A stretch of DNA of 40,829 nt from Octopus bimaculoides (Eukaryota), in assembly GCF_001194135.2 (NCBI RefSeq), contig NC_068985.1:126680281-126721109 (forward strand). The letters run 5' to 3'. The notes under the pieces are model-generated. The model worked only from the letters and a program-made list of their open reading frames with translations. It did not search any database and was not told the origin of the DNA. Within the stretch, counting starts at the first letter, position 1; the number at the start of each line of letters is the position of its first letter. A program made the position numbers and the translations under genes. Shown here one piece after another: positions 1 to 12,180 of this stretch.

Positions 1-34
<34 letters not shown>
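1..34. repeat. (GT)n microsatellite at window start, one of many (GT)n/(AT)n/(ATC)n/(AAT)n tracts
   Basis: Direct reading of the sequence. Confidence 0.95.
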
Positions 35-36
<2 letters not shown>

Positions 37-1478
37 AATCTATCCAATAATGTATGTAAGTATATATGTATGTATGTATGCCATGATCATACTAGCAAGA
101 ATCAAAAAGGAATTTTAAACAGTCTTCTATGCCTGCACATCTGAGGGTGTTGGTGGTTGTGTGTATGTGTGTGTGTGTGTGTGTGTGCATATCAATGCAC
201 TGCATTTATATGTATAATGAAATAATTCCACGCTACTGTCTTAAAAAAAAAGGGGGATGGTGTACTTTACAGAAAGTAGTATCAGATACACAAATCTGAA
301 AAACAAAGAAAGCATTGTTCACAGGTGGAATGCCTTTGGTTATAGGCCTATTTTATCCTGATTGACCTTGGGATAAACTATAATGTTGTTTTCTAATTTC
401 AGCACAAGGGCAGCAATTTTGAGAGGAAGGAGCAATTGCATTGACCCTAGTGTTCAAATGGTACTTATTTTATTGACCCCCAAAAGGACAAAAGGCAAAG
501 TTGACCTCAGTGGATAAAGAGCTGAAAGAAATCACACTAAGACTTTTGTATAGCTTGGTAATAATTCTGCCTGCTCACCACCTAAGTTATAATATCAGTA
601 ACTCTTACAGTTAATAGCAAGGGCTCTTACAGTTAATAACAGCTTTTTTAACTTAAAGTTTTGTTGAACACAGTGTTATTATTTGTATAGCAACAACGCT
701 GTGTTGATTACAATGCCTGTACTTCTCTATTCAAGTTGCTATGATACCTACAATTCTCGACTTCAAGCTGACACCAGATGGCCATAAAGCTTATTTATTT
801 ACCCCTGGTTGACATCAAATAGCTACAATAATGGTTTCCTATGTTCATTTTGACACATAAGTGTGAAACAATTGTTCAATTAACAGACAGAGCAGTTGAA
901 TACTTCATAAACACGTAATTTTCAGATAGAGCCAATATGACAAGACTGGTCCCTTGAACTACTGGTACAGTCTATCCAATGAGCTTTATATAGTTTCATT
1001 CATTCACAAATGACCTGAGGTTATGGTAAATACACTTGCCCAAGATGCTTCACAGTGCTATTGGAGGAATGATTAGGCATGGCTGTTTGGACACTGGTGA
1101 TTTGGTACAACTGACTGAACATTCAGGTTGTTTTGGCAATGGAGGGAAAACACACACAAACACAGATGCATGCACATACTGAAATATACAGATGAAGGTA
1201 AAGAGACACATACAAACATAACTAAATGCTCAAACACTTATCAAGTGATAACACAGGTCAATGATCATCAAAACTTCTGCTTGAACCACAAAAGCACACC
1301 CCAGCAACCATCCATAAAGCTCGGGACAATTTGGGCTCACAAAATGGAACCTATTTTATTGGGCAGTGTGCAAACAGAATGTGCAGTTTGTATAAAATGT
1401 TATACATTGATCTTTGTTTATTAGGGTATTAAATGAACCAGTGATAAATGTATAATAGGAGGGAGGGANNNNNNNNNN

Positions 1479-1512
<34 letters not shown>

Positions 1513-1699
1513 TGTGTGTGTGTGTGTTATCATCATTTCAATATCCACACTTTTCCATGCTTGTATAGTTGGTTGAAGGAAGAGTTGTCCAAAGAAAAAT
1601 CCTACTTCAGATAAATTTCATCCAACCCCATACTAGCATGGAAAAATGGACATTAATGAATGAGTGAATGAGTAATTGCCTGAGTACATTGTGGAACTG

Positions 1700-2420
1700 A
1701 AAGCAATATGTAACATTGCTCAGGGATGACAGAAGCTCAGGTGGTTTTGACACAAGCTGACTAGCTTCTTTTTTAACAAAGCCCCATAGATTCTCTGTGA
1801 GGTTCAAGCTGGGTGAGTTACCAGACCATAGAAGTATAAGTGATAATTAACAAATCAGGCAGTGGTTGTTTTGGCAGTGTTTTCAAGTGTCAGATGCTAG
1901 GGGAAGAAATTCCACAATGCCAAATAATTTACTGGTTGAAGGAAGCATGAAGTACTCCAAGACCACATACAATGACAGTATCCTGAGGGAACAGAGGTCC
2001 AATACCTACATCTGACATGGCATCACAAACTAACACTATCTGTAGGAACTTAATGCTGAACTTCAAGCAGAATGGATTGCATGCTTCACCAAACCTTCCT
2101 TCAAACCCTGCAGTTTTAGCTTCCAAAATTTTATTGGATCAGAAAACACTTTCGACCTCTATTCAACATGTCACTTCCTTAGCACTTACAATACTCTCAA
2201 CCATTGCTGGGCACTTGGCTGTTGTACCCTATTTCTTGAAACTGTCTGTAATAGTTGGTTCTTGATGCACTAACTCCAACAGCTGTCCTCTTTATAAGGA
2301 TTTCTCCCACATTGTCAAACCTGCTCATTTTCATGGTTCTTTTGAGAATATGGCCAGATCTCTTGATAGTACATCTCTGTCTGCCACATCATGTTCTTCT
2401 AAGATGATGTTCCAAAGAGA
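1700..2420 (-). mobile_element. Degenerate Tc1-like transposase relic
   Basis: Frameshifted minus-strand pieces CGRQRCT..., GVSASRTNYYRQFQEIGYN, EACNPFCLKFSIKFLQIVLVCDAMSDVGIGPLF and NLTENLWGFVKKEA match Tc1 motifs (EAxNPxCLKxxVKFPQSVMxWG; SPDLNPIENLW). Many stops. Confidence 0.8.
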
Positions 2421-2989
2421 TACTTTCACAAAGAACTCTGAAAACAAACTGCTTTTTTCAAGAAAAACCTTGTTTCTTCCTCTTTTAATAGAGTGCATCA
2501 AAAAACTACATAAAAGTACTGGCTGAATAAGTATTACTCAAATACGTTCAGATAATATCACTGGAATATTCTGAAATAAACAGAAGCCTCATATTTGTAC
2601 TATTGTTAGCATAATCAACCTAGAAATTAGCGAAATCATTCACAGAAGGAAATGAAGTACTACTGCTGCATCATTTACACTTAAGAATAATTTTTCTGAA
2701 TATTCATGTATCTTTTTTTTTTTTCGTTTTTAATAAGTTTCTGAGACCTACGTGTATACTAAACAACAGATGTAGCATAAAATAAAATCAGAAACAACAA
2801 AACAAACCCCTCGATAAAGAAGAATAGATTCTACACCTATAAAATACAAGGCTACCAACACCTCAGCAACACAGAGGTGTGTCTGCTGGTGCGTCAACAG
2901 CTCACACAAAACTGATGAAAACAACTAATAATAACTTTCAAATTTTGGCACAAGGCCTAGTAGTTTTAGTGGGGAACCAATCTTACCAT

Positions 2990-3639
2990 GAAGGGAACTG
3001 ACCTCTAACTGTAGAGGAAACCTGTGGAAGAAGTAGACCCAGGAAGATGTGGATGAGGTGGTAAAATATGATCTTCAGATGTTGAGATGACAAGTGACTG
3101 AGACTTTTGGTGATTTGCTGTGCATGAAAAGACACATCGAGCTAAATGAAATAGTTGTGATCAGTGCCACATAAAAGGCACCTGTGCTGGTGACACATAA
3201 AGGACACATGTGCTGGTGACACATGAAGGACACCCGTGCCAGTGACACATGAAAGACACCCGTGCTGGTGACACATGAAGGACACCCATGCCAGTGACAT
3301 GTGAAGGAACCCATGCTGGTGACACATGAAGGACACCCATGGTAGTGACATGTAAAAGGCACCTATCCTTGTAACACATGAAAGACACCCATGCTGGTGA
3401 CACATAAAACGCACTCATGCCAGCAACACATAAAAAGCATTTGTGCTGGCGATACATAACAGACACCTGTGCCAGTACACTTAAGAAGCACCTGGTACAC
3501 TCTGTGGAGTGGTTGGCATTAGGAAGAGCATCCAGCTGTAGAAACCAAGCCAAAAGAGATTGGAGCCTGGTGCAGCTCTTCAGTTTACCGATTCCAGTCA
3601 AACCATCTGACCCATGCCAGCATGGAAAACAGATGCTAC

Positions 3640-3670
<31 letters not shown>
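2990..3670 (+). mobile_element. 5'-truncated RTE LINE: last ~55 codons, 3' UTR carrying a 26-bp array, (ATG)n tail
   Basis: LTVEETCGRSRPRK.W(D)EVVKYDLQML matches the RTE C-terminus seen antisense at ~23.65 kb. 3' end GGAAGAGCATCCAGCTGTAGAAAC...(ATG)n. It sits between two halves of a SINE (2930-2985 and 3671-3825). Confidence 0.8.
3164..3493 (+). repeat. Minisatellite of about 12-13 copies of a 26-bp unit (GTGCTGGTGACACATGAAGGACACCC)
   Basis: Units aligned by eye; some are 25 bp. Confidence 0.92.
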
Positions 3671-4029
3671 GGTTAGTCAATTACATCAATCCCAGTACTC
3701 GACTAACTACTCTAAAAGGGAGGAAAGGCAAAGTTGATCTTAGCAATATTTGAATGCAGAACATCAGAACCAGAAGAAATGCCACTAAGCATTTAGTCTG
3801 ATGCAGTAACAATTCCTCCAGCTTACTCTTGAGCATTTAAACCAGCCACATCCAAGCCAAATATTCTGTTTCATGTTCAAATCAGCCAGGTCTGGCTTTT
3901 CACACATACCCTACTATGTCATTTTAAAGCTATACAATAACATCATTGAAATCTTGAAGCTAGGAGATAATGCAAGATAAAGTACCTGACAGGTACTTAA
4001 TTTATCAACCTCAAAAGGATAAGGGTCTG

Positions 4030-4780
4030 AAATTATTGTACAAGGCCAGCAATTTTAGGGGGAGTGGGTAGTTGATTACATCAACCTTAATATTTCACTG
4101 GTACTTTATTTTACAAACCCCAAGAGGATGAGAAGCAAAATTAACCTCAGCAGGGATTGAACGCAAAATATGAGCTGATTAAAATACTGCAAAACATTTC
4201 TTCCGTTGTTTTAATGATTCAGCCAGCTCACCATAATAATAATAATAATAATTTCAAATCTTGGCACAAGGCCTGTAATTCTAAGGGTAGGGGATCGGCT
4301 GATTTCATAAACCCCAGTACTTGATGGGTACATTATTTTACCTACCCCAAAAGGATGAAAGGTAAAGTTCACCTTGGCAAAGTTGGAACACTATCCAACA
4401 CTAATGACAGCCAATTGACCACCTTCATAATACTAATAATGATGATGATGATAATAATAATCCTTTCTAGAAGGCCTGAAATTTTGGGAGAGGGAGCTAG
4501 TTATCTGGTACTCGTTTCATCAACTCTGAAATAGTGAAAGGTAAAGGTGACCTTGATTGAATAATAATAATAATTGTCTGTACTATAGGCACAATTTTGT
4601 GGGAGAAGACTAGTCACTTACATTGACCCCAGTGCTCATCTGATATTTATTTTAATGAGCCCAAAAGGATGAAAGGCAAAGCACCCCTCAGCAGCATTTG
4701 AACTTAGAATGTCAAGCCAAAAGAGATGTCACTAAGCATTTTGTCCACTGCAGTAACAATTCTGCCAGCTTACCACCTTA
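4030..4780 (-). mobile_element. Stack of four head-to-tail decayed tRNA-derived SINE copies separated by (AAT)n
   Basis: Recurring blocks ...CACAAGGCC..., GACCCCA.AAGGATGAAAGGCAAAG.T.ACCT starting near 4030, 4255, 4465 and 4575. Confidence 0.75.
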
Positions 4781-4807
4781 ATAAGAAGAAGAAGAATTAT
4801 TTGGGGT

Positions 4808-5110
4808 TTGGATAATTCACCTTTGGAAACATGAGTGTTTCATTCAGCATCCTTAAACAACACTTATTCAGGGATCATTTGAGCGGAATGGGCTACTCGA
4901 CCTGACAAAGATTCTAACAGGGCCCCACCTGTAAGGTCATGTGCTGTTTATCTTGATACGAGATCACCATGTCGTGCACATATGGTTATGAATGCCTGGT
5001 CTACCCTTATCAGACAGGTAGTCATGATGGGTATACTGAACTTCATATATTTTACCCCAGTGTCACTTTGATGGCATGCACTGCTCTCTCACTCAATAAT
5101 AATAATAATA
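4808..5110 (+). mobile_element. 3' end of an unassigned non-LTR retroelement with (AAT)n tail
   Basis: Ends ...GCACTGCTCTCTCACTC(AAT)n, resembling a cephalopod LINE 3' UTR from recall. Family not determined. Confidence 0.5.
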
Positions 5111-5156
5111 AAAGCAGCAGCAGTTTCTTTTATTAATAATAAAGTTTCTTACTTAC

Positions 5157-5254
5157 TTGCTGAAAACTTAGATCTTGAGAAATCAAAATTGAAAGGTACA
5201 AAATATGCGATGATAATGAGGAGGAGGATTACAACCAGAACCGTCCGTTTCGAT
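5157..5254 (-). CDS. Internal coding exon (98 nt, phase 2 to 1) of a host gene: (R)SKRTVLVVILLLIIIAYFVPFNFDFSRSKFSA, a basic patch plus hydrophobic helix (type II signal-anchor-like)
   Basis: Strong acceptor tccttttcAG and donor GTAAGT. Only one of three frames is open. CpG-retaining and not part of a recognised repeat. Product not identified. Confidence 0.65.
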
Positions 5255-5849
5255 CTGAAAAGGATGAAAATATGGGGAAATTAAAAATTTTATTTCAGCC
5301 TACTTTTCTGGAAGAGAAAAAAAAGAAGTATTTAAAGATTAAATAATTCCAAACTGCTTAACACATAAAAAAGAAGGAAAACCATAGTCTGGTTAATGTT
5401 AACCTACTTAACGCATGGAGCATTAAAAAGTTGACCAGAGATATAAAAACCATAGCCACATGACTGAAACAAGTAAAAGTGTGTGTGTGTGTGCGCGCGC
5501 GCACAGTGAGAAAAACCAGGCATAAATGACTAATATCATTTTCATTTGTCCATCAATTACAAAAGATAACTCCAAACTCTGGGTCATGTGATGGTATGAT
5601 AATATTTCTCTAAGTAACTATGGCCTTCGTTCCCCAATTCCATTTCGTCTCGTCTTTTAAAACAAGCTAATTAATAACTTGAAGGTTGCTAGACTAAGTT
5701 GAGTAAACAAGAAATTCTTTTGGATACCTTTTTCAAAGATGAGATAAATTCCAGTACCAAAGGAAATTGGTGATGTTCTGCATTTATAACAATTAGTGAG
5801 AAGAGTTTGATAAATTCAACGGCAATTAACCTTAACCCTTCACCAAAAT

Positions 5850-6810
5850 AAGGTTGTTCCCACCCATAACACAATCTTACGTTGGGTGAATGCACTTTGT
5901 ACATGAGGTACACTAATGAATAGGAGACTAGTGGGGGCGCCCCGGAAAATGTGGAACAAGTCAGATAAGCTTTGATACGGAGTCCAAATTGCTCTGCCCG
6001 GAGGCATTCCACTGAACTTGGCATTGGTAATCAATCGGTAAGGTATATTTTGCATGAAGACCTGCATTTCCACCCATACAAATTGGTCACTGAGCAACAG
6101 TTGATACCATGGGACTATGCACAGCGACTTAATTTCACATGTCAGATATAAGCAATTTTGGGGGCAAATGACAACCTCATTTATTAACAAGTGACGAAGC
6201 TCATTTTCATCTCAATGGCATGGTGAATTGACAGAACTGTCATTATTGGGCTCTTGAAAATTCAAGAGAACAGCACAAAAGACCACTGCACAGCCCAAAA
6301 GTGACAGTCGAGTGTGTTGTTGGGAAAGCTGTCATCATTGGTCCTTACTCTTTTGAAGACAATAATGGAAATACTGTTACTGTGAACTCCAAGTGTTACA
6401 TTGAGATGATAAACAATTTCTTTGTGCCTGAATTACAAAAACGTATGCCTATTCGACGCATGTGGTTTCAGCAGAATGGGGCAACAGCCCACACAGCCAG
6501 AGCATCAGTGGACGTTTTTCGCCCTCTCTTCAGTGACCACCTCATTTCCAGGTTTTCTGACATTTCTTGGCTCCCTCGGCCTCCTCATTTGTTGATGTGT
6601 GATTATTTCTTGTGGAGAAACCTCAAGGTACATTTGCATGCACATAAGCCCCAGGCATTAGACAATTTGAAGGAAGCTATTTGCGTGGAAATCGCCCAAA
6701 GAGACACAGAGAAATGCTGGAGAGAGTGGAGGCCAACTTCCAAGAATGCCTTCAGAAATGCATCAATGAAAACAGACACCACATGATGGATGTTGTTTTC
6801 CACACTTGAG
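5850..6810 (+). mobile_element. Decayed DD41D (rosa/Visitor-type) Tc1/mariner transposase
   Basis: HEDLHFHPYK, SDEAHFHLNG, LHSPKVTV, WFQQ(N)GATAHTA...CDYFLW. 41 residues between the second and third catalytic positions. Stops and frameshifts; termini not seen. Confidence 0.9.
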
Positions 6811-7091
6811 TTTGACAAATGCTAATTCAATACAAACACAAAATGTAGAACCGTCAGTGAGGAAGTTGCAGTTAGTGTGGTGAATATTTTGACACCAAAT
6901 AGTAATTGGTTTAAGTGAAGTTAACAGATTTTGTGTGCTTTTGAATGGCTAAAACATGTCTGCCTTACTGTCATTACTTCATTTGTTATTACCTCAGTTG
7001 TTCATTGACAGTTCTACAACAACTGGTCTAAGATGAGGCTATTGGCCAGTACATATGAGTCTCAAGGTTCTAAATATTATTTTAAATATAT

Positions 7092-7273
7092 TTAACCTTT
7101 TATTCTGTCAAAATCATGCATTATCTTGTAACTTTGAGATTTTGATGAGGTGACTGTTGCTTTTTAGAGTGATATTGTAGGATTGGTGTGCTAGTCCAAA
7201 TCTAACTAGCTTGAGTATAAAACAGGTAGAATATTTTGGCCAGATATGACTGATTTAAGTGCTAAAAGGTTAA
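7092..7273. mobile_element. Short TTAA-flanked MITE (piggyBac-like ends)
   Basis: TTAA-CCTTTTA... at the left and ...TAAAAGG-TTAA at the right. Related pieces at ~3837-3975 and ~28150-28200. Confidence 0.6.
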
Positions 7274-9754
7274 AACCCTGAAACCTATATGCAGTGACAA
7301 AGAGTCTCACCTGAGACCAGTTGCAGTAGAACGATGCCAGTGAACAGGTGGCAGTTGGTGTGACAAAAATGTTAATACCAAATAATAAATGTTTAAGTGA
7401 AGTTAAAATTTTTTTGTATCTTCAGTGCTGTAATCGCCATAGTTTGAAAACATGGTCTTAGATCAAGCCACTTGCCAGAGACATTTGTCGCCAAAAACAA
7501 TGAAGTGATTCATCCAAAATCACAATAGAATGCCTACAAGCAGCCCTAATATCTCGTCCACATAGGCTATATTAACCTACAACATACAGGTAATTAAGCA
7601 AGTGCTCAGCAGTAGCCCACAGAACCCCAACACCAGATATACAAGCATGTATAAGCTTTGTCACCAAACTTATGACTATAATTCTAGCCATAAACATTCC
7701 ATATTTGAGCATATTTACCCTGAAATTTCATCTGCAAATTGATTTCCAAGTTTGGGGAAAAAATGATAATGACCTTCAAGAAGTTTGTAAGGGCTTGATT
7801 AATTTTCTGACATCAAATATGATATAAATCTTACCCTGGACAAGACACCAGTATGTTACAGCTAGCATTCACACAAGATCCAATACCTGTTTCCACCAGT
7901 TAGGTGAACAGAGGTACATGGAATTAAGTGTAATGCTCAAATACCTAACAGTGGATTTGAACTCCAAAACTAAGAGGTGGTAATAGCCCAATACCATGAC
8001 TGCTCATTTTTTATAGTTTGCTTCTAGATTTTCTATATTTAAAGATGAAGGCATACTAACATTGATGACATTAGCTGCTGTGTTTTCAGGTTCAAACAAG
8101 CATGTTTGGACACATATGACAAACTGTATCTATTATCTTAAACAGGCCAACACATCAGAAAATATATTATTTCATTACAGGTAAATCATTGAACAATTTT
8201 CTCAATACATAGATTTTTCTTTCTTACAAATACCAACCACTGAGCCAAATCAATAAATTTCACATCATCCTTGAACTGAAAAAATCAATACACCTCTAGT
8301 TAAGTATTGATTATTATGTCCCTACTACCATTACAAAACAGAAATGTTACTAATATATCACAACTGGTGCACAGTTTCCAATAGCCAGTTAAGATATCCA
8401 CCAGTTGGTGCATGTCTGCATAGCAGTTTAAATGCGAGATGGTCTGTTACCCACCAGCCATACTATGCAGATTGAATCAAAACTGATCCAAATCCAGTGT
8501 CAAGAATACTAGAGACCCTGATCTGAGCAGGAGTTCTGGAGTGGCTTCCTGTCAATGTATCCAAACCTATGGGACTAAGTACTGTTATATAATGTTGAAA
8601 TACTGTTCACTCCTCAGCCTAGGTGTTGGCATCCTATCAGTTACAATTCCATCTTCAAATTTTTTATTAATACTAACAGTAACACTAAATTGCTCTGAAT
8701 TCATAGCTAGCTCTCACCATAAAAACAGCAAACTTGTACATGACTTGCACAGCTCTTATATTCCATTCATTCACACATGGTTGTCTTAGCAACCACCAGA
8801 CTAAAAAACACAGTACCCTGTCAAAAATTTCTTGAGGTCAATGAATGCTAGGTACAATGGCTTGTGTTTAATAATGAGCGTCTCCTATAGTGGTCACATT
8901 AAAAAGAGGTTATTGGTGATAGCCTTCCTACAACACTCATCAACTGCATCTCCTCTAAGCTGATTTGTTTTTTTTTTTGGTTTATCTAATTACTTATGCA
9001 ATAATTAGTATTATAACTTGATTCATTAGTCTCATACCACTCTAATTTCCTTTCTAAAGCATCTTGTCTGTAGTCTCAGGAAGTGAAGTGTTGATGGTAT
9101 GCATAACTGCAGCTTTTATAGTAAGCAAATGTGATTTTAGAGACAAAGGGACACCCACCAATTATAAAACAGCCATTTACACACACACTACTAATATGCC
9201 AAATCCTAAAGCCTTTTCCAAAAACAGAAATTCTTCAATTATAATATTCACAGAAATTCAAAGCCACTGAAATCAGTGGCATATTCAGGCAAAAGCTTAT
9301 TCCAGACAATCTAAGGAAGATGGATTTTACTTCTTTCCATGAATAATTGCCTTCCAAATTGTAAGCTAATTATTAAAATTCTTCTAAAAATTTTAGTGTA
9401 TTAGCACATTCTCAATGTCATAACTTCAACTGCTCCTGCAAAGTACTTCTAAAAAAATAAATCATAAAAAAAGAATTAACACACTCACCAACAAGCCATA
9501 AGAATGAAATTGTAATTGGTAGTAAGAAGAAAAAAAAATCAAATTTTTCACTATCATACAAGTGATTTTAGATGTCCAGAGGGATTGTCTCGAAGCAAAA
9601 CAGCTATGTACAAGTGCAGTACAGCCAGCAACCAATCACAAATTACTGGCTGCTTGGTAACATGTACCACACTTTCACTAGTCATTTTAGATATCTATGT
9701 AATTGAAAGCAACCCACTAGAACATACAGGATGTGATAGCTGAGAATACAAATA

Positions 9755-9791
<37 letters not shown>

Positions 9792-9794
9792 TGG

Positions 9795-10035
9795 CTAAAC
9801 TAGCAATATGACCATCCCCAAGTACAACAATATATATATATTCTTTTATTCTTATTCTTTTACTTGTTTCAGTCATGTGACTGTGGCCATGCTGGAGCAC
9901 CACCTTTAGTCGAACAAATCGACCCCAGGACTTATTCTTTGTAAGCCTAGTACTTATTCTATCGGTTTCCTTTTGATGAACCACTAAGTTACAGGGACAT
10001 AAACACACCAACATCAGTTATCAAGTGATGGTGGT
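9795..10035 (-). mobile_element. 3' half of a tRNA-derived SINE
   Basis: Reverse complement of the tail seen at 26330-26477 (ATAAGTACTAGGCTTAC...GCTCCAGCATGGCC). Confidence 0.8.
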
Positions 10036-10059
10036 GGGGGGGACAAACATATACATATA

Positions 10060-10365
10060 TCATCATCATCGTTCAAAGTCCACCCGCCATGCTTGCATGG
10101 GTGGGACAGTTTCACAAGAGCTGGCCAGGCAGAGGTCTGCACCAGACTACTGTGACTGTCTTGGCAGTACTGCTACAGCTGGATGCCATTCCTAACACCA
10201 ACCACTCAGCAGAGTGGACTTAGTGCTTTTTACATGGCACAAGCACAGGCGAGGTCAGTTTTAGCAAGGTTTTTATATTTGGATGCCCTTCCAAACACCA
10301 ACAGTGTGGACTGGGTGCTTTTAAGTGGCACCTGCACTGACAGGGTCACCAAATACATACAAGAC
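10060..10365 (-). mobile_element. RTE 3'-UTR fragment with internal duplication of the GGATGCCCTTCC...GTGCTTTT block
   Basis: (ATC)n tail on the left; the block occurs twice (~10180 and ~10280). Confidence 0.7.
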
Positions 10366-11808
10366 AAAAAAAAATTTTTTTAGAGGGGAGGGGGCATTGG
10401 AGGAGGTGATTTGTGTTGGATGATTAAAGGTTATAGTAAGACAGAGAGACAGAAACAGGTGTTTTGTTGTAGGGGAAGTACAAGGTTACCCAGTCGGAGA
10501 GAGAGAGAGAGAGAGAGAGACAGGTACGCTACCACAAAGGAAATACATGGTTACCCAACTTGAGGGAAGTGTAGGAGGAAAGTGAGAAAGTGGAAGACAG
10601 CAGGGTAGAGGGGGTGGCAAAATGCAAGGCATACTCAGAATATAAACAGGATGGCTGAGTAAAGGAAGAGAAAGATAAAGATGGTGGCAAGTGCCAGGGC
10701 ATACTCTTGATGTTCGAATGCCATAATAGAAGTGGCAGGATATTGCAAAAGAAGTGTGATTAAAGAGTGCGGTGTGGCAAAAAACCTGGATATATATATA
10801 GAGTCGGGGTGCACTCTAAGTGCTCGAATTGGTATGCCACTAAAATTCTGGTTTGATATGCAGTTGAACATGTGATTTTGTGACTGCCTTTCTAAAGCAG
10901 CTAGAAATGGCTTCCCCTTGAGTCAGTAGGAATAGATTAAAGCAGAAATGAAAAGGCAACCAGTTTGGCAAAACTTGACAAGGATATTAAATTTAGATAT
11001 ATAATAATAAAAATATATTGTTATAAATAGGAGATATTCTAGAACAGCTGTTAGAGACTATGTATACTTTTTTATTAATGTATAGTTAAATTAAATGTCC
11101 TTGTCAAGTCTTGCCAAACCATTTGTCTTTTTATGCATGCACGTATGTATGTATATATGTAGAGCCAGATAGTGGAAATTAAGATAAACACCAGTATCTA
11201 GTTTCTACACTTCCCCATTATGATTATTTGGGACTCAGCATTGGATGTTCCAAGAGTATTTGGATGCCTAACTGCAATGGATCATCGGGGAAACGCTTTT
11301 TTGTATTCCATTAGCAATCAAATACCAGATACATGCTGAGGTAATTTGTAAGTATCATATAAATACATATATATATATATATATATATATATGATACCTG
11401 CAAACTCATGTTCAGGTATTGCCATCACCTGATCAAAAGTCCCATACATGCAAAGGCTACGACCAGCCATTTTTGTGATTGGTCTTACATTTTTTTTCAA
11501 GCAGTGCCTGTGCATGATGATTTTATTAGAGTGGGGAAAAGAGTTGCACAAATTCAACCTCACTCTCTGAACATGGACAACATAAAACGAGAAGCGCTCA
11601 TGAGCAGTCAATAGTCATCCAACAATGTGTACATGTGTATATATGCATGTATGTAGGCACGGAGACGTGGAAATACCTGGATTTGTGTCCAGGTGTGCAG
11701 CTGGCCCAGTGGGAGTGGGAGGCCCTTCTGTTGTTGTTAAATCTCTCTAGGAGAGGAAAACCTTGAAGAGAAAACCTGTGACACTGACAATATTCAATGA
11801 TATATATA

Positions 11809-11962
11809 TCATCATCATCATCATTTAACGTCCGCTTTCCATGCTGGCATGGGTTGGACGATTTGACTGAGGACTGGCAAACCAGATGGCTACACCAGGC
11901 TCCAATCTGATTTGGCAGAGTTTCTACAGCTGGATGCCCTTCCTAACGCCAACCACTCTGAG
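11809..11962 (-). mobile_element. Short young RTE 3'-tail copy
   Basis: Very similar, in reverse complement, to 33135-33288; (ATC)n tail. Confidence 0.85.
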
Positions 11963-11975
11963 ATATATATATATA

Positions 11976-12128
11976 GGTGCAGGTATGTCTTTGTGGTAAG
12001 AAGCTTGTTTCCCAGCCACATAGTTTCCGGTTCAGTCCCACTACATAACACTTTGGGTAAGTGTCTTCTACTATAGCCTCAGACCAACCAAAGCTTTTGG
12101 TAGACAGAAACTGAAAAAAGCCTGTCAT
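11976..12128 (+). mobile_element. 5' half of a tRNA-derived CORE-like SINE, split by a DD41D element
   Basis: Matches 26123-26275. The 3' half resumes at 13560-13768. Confidence 0.8.
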
Positions 12129-12133
12129 ATATG

Positions 12134-12177
<44 letters not shown>

Positions 12178-12180
<3 letters not shown>

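Noticed and set aside
2321-2437. Exon-like segment FFVKVSLWNIILEEHDVADRDVLSRDLAIFSKNHENEQ with a good acceptor
   Set aside because: Another frame is Tc1 transposase (CGRQRCT...), and the donor GTTTGA is weak.
2838-2911. Phase-1 exon candidate LCELLTHQQTHLCVAEVLVALYFI downstream of the signal-anchor exon
   Set aside because: The acceptor is plausible but there is no convincing donor or recognisable homology; too weak to call.
9560-9694. 135-nt open exon-like segment ISKMTSESVV...HLKSL on the minus strand
   Set aside because: 9661-9690 recurs at 21751-21780 (27/30), so it is repeat-derived, and its phase 0-0 does not fit the 5254 exon.
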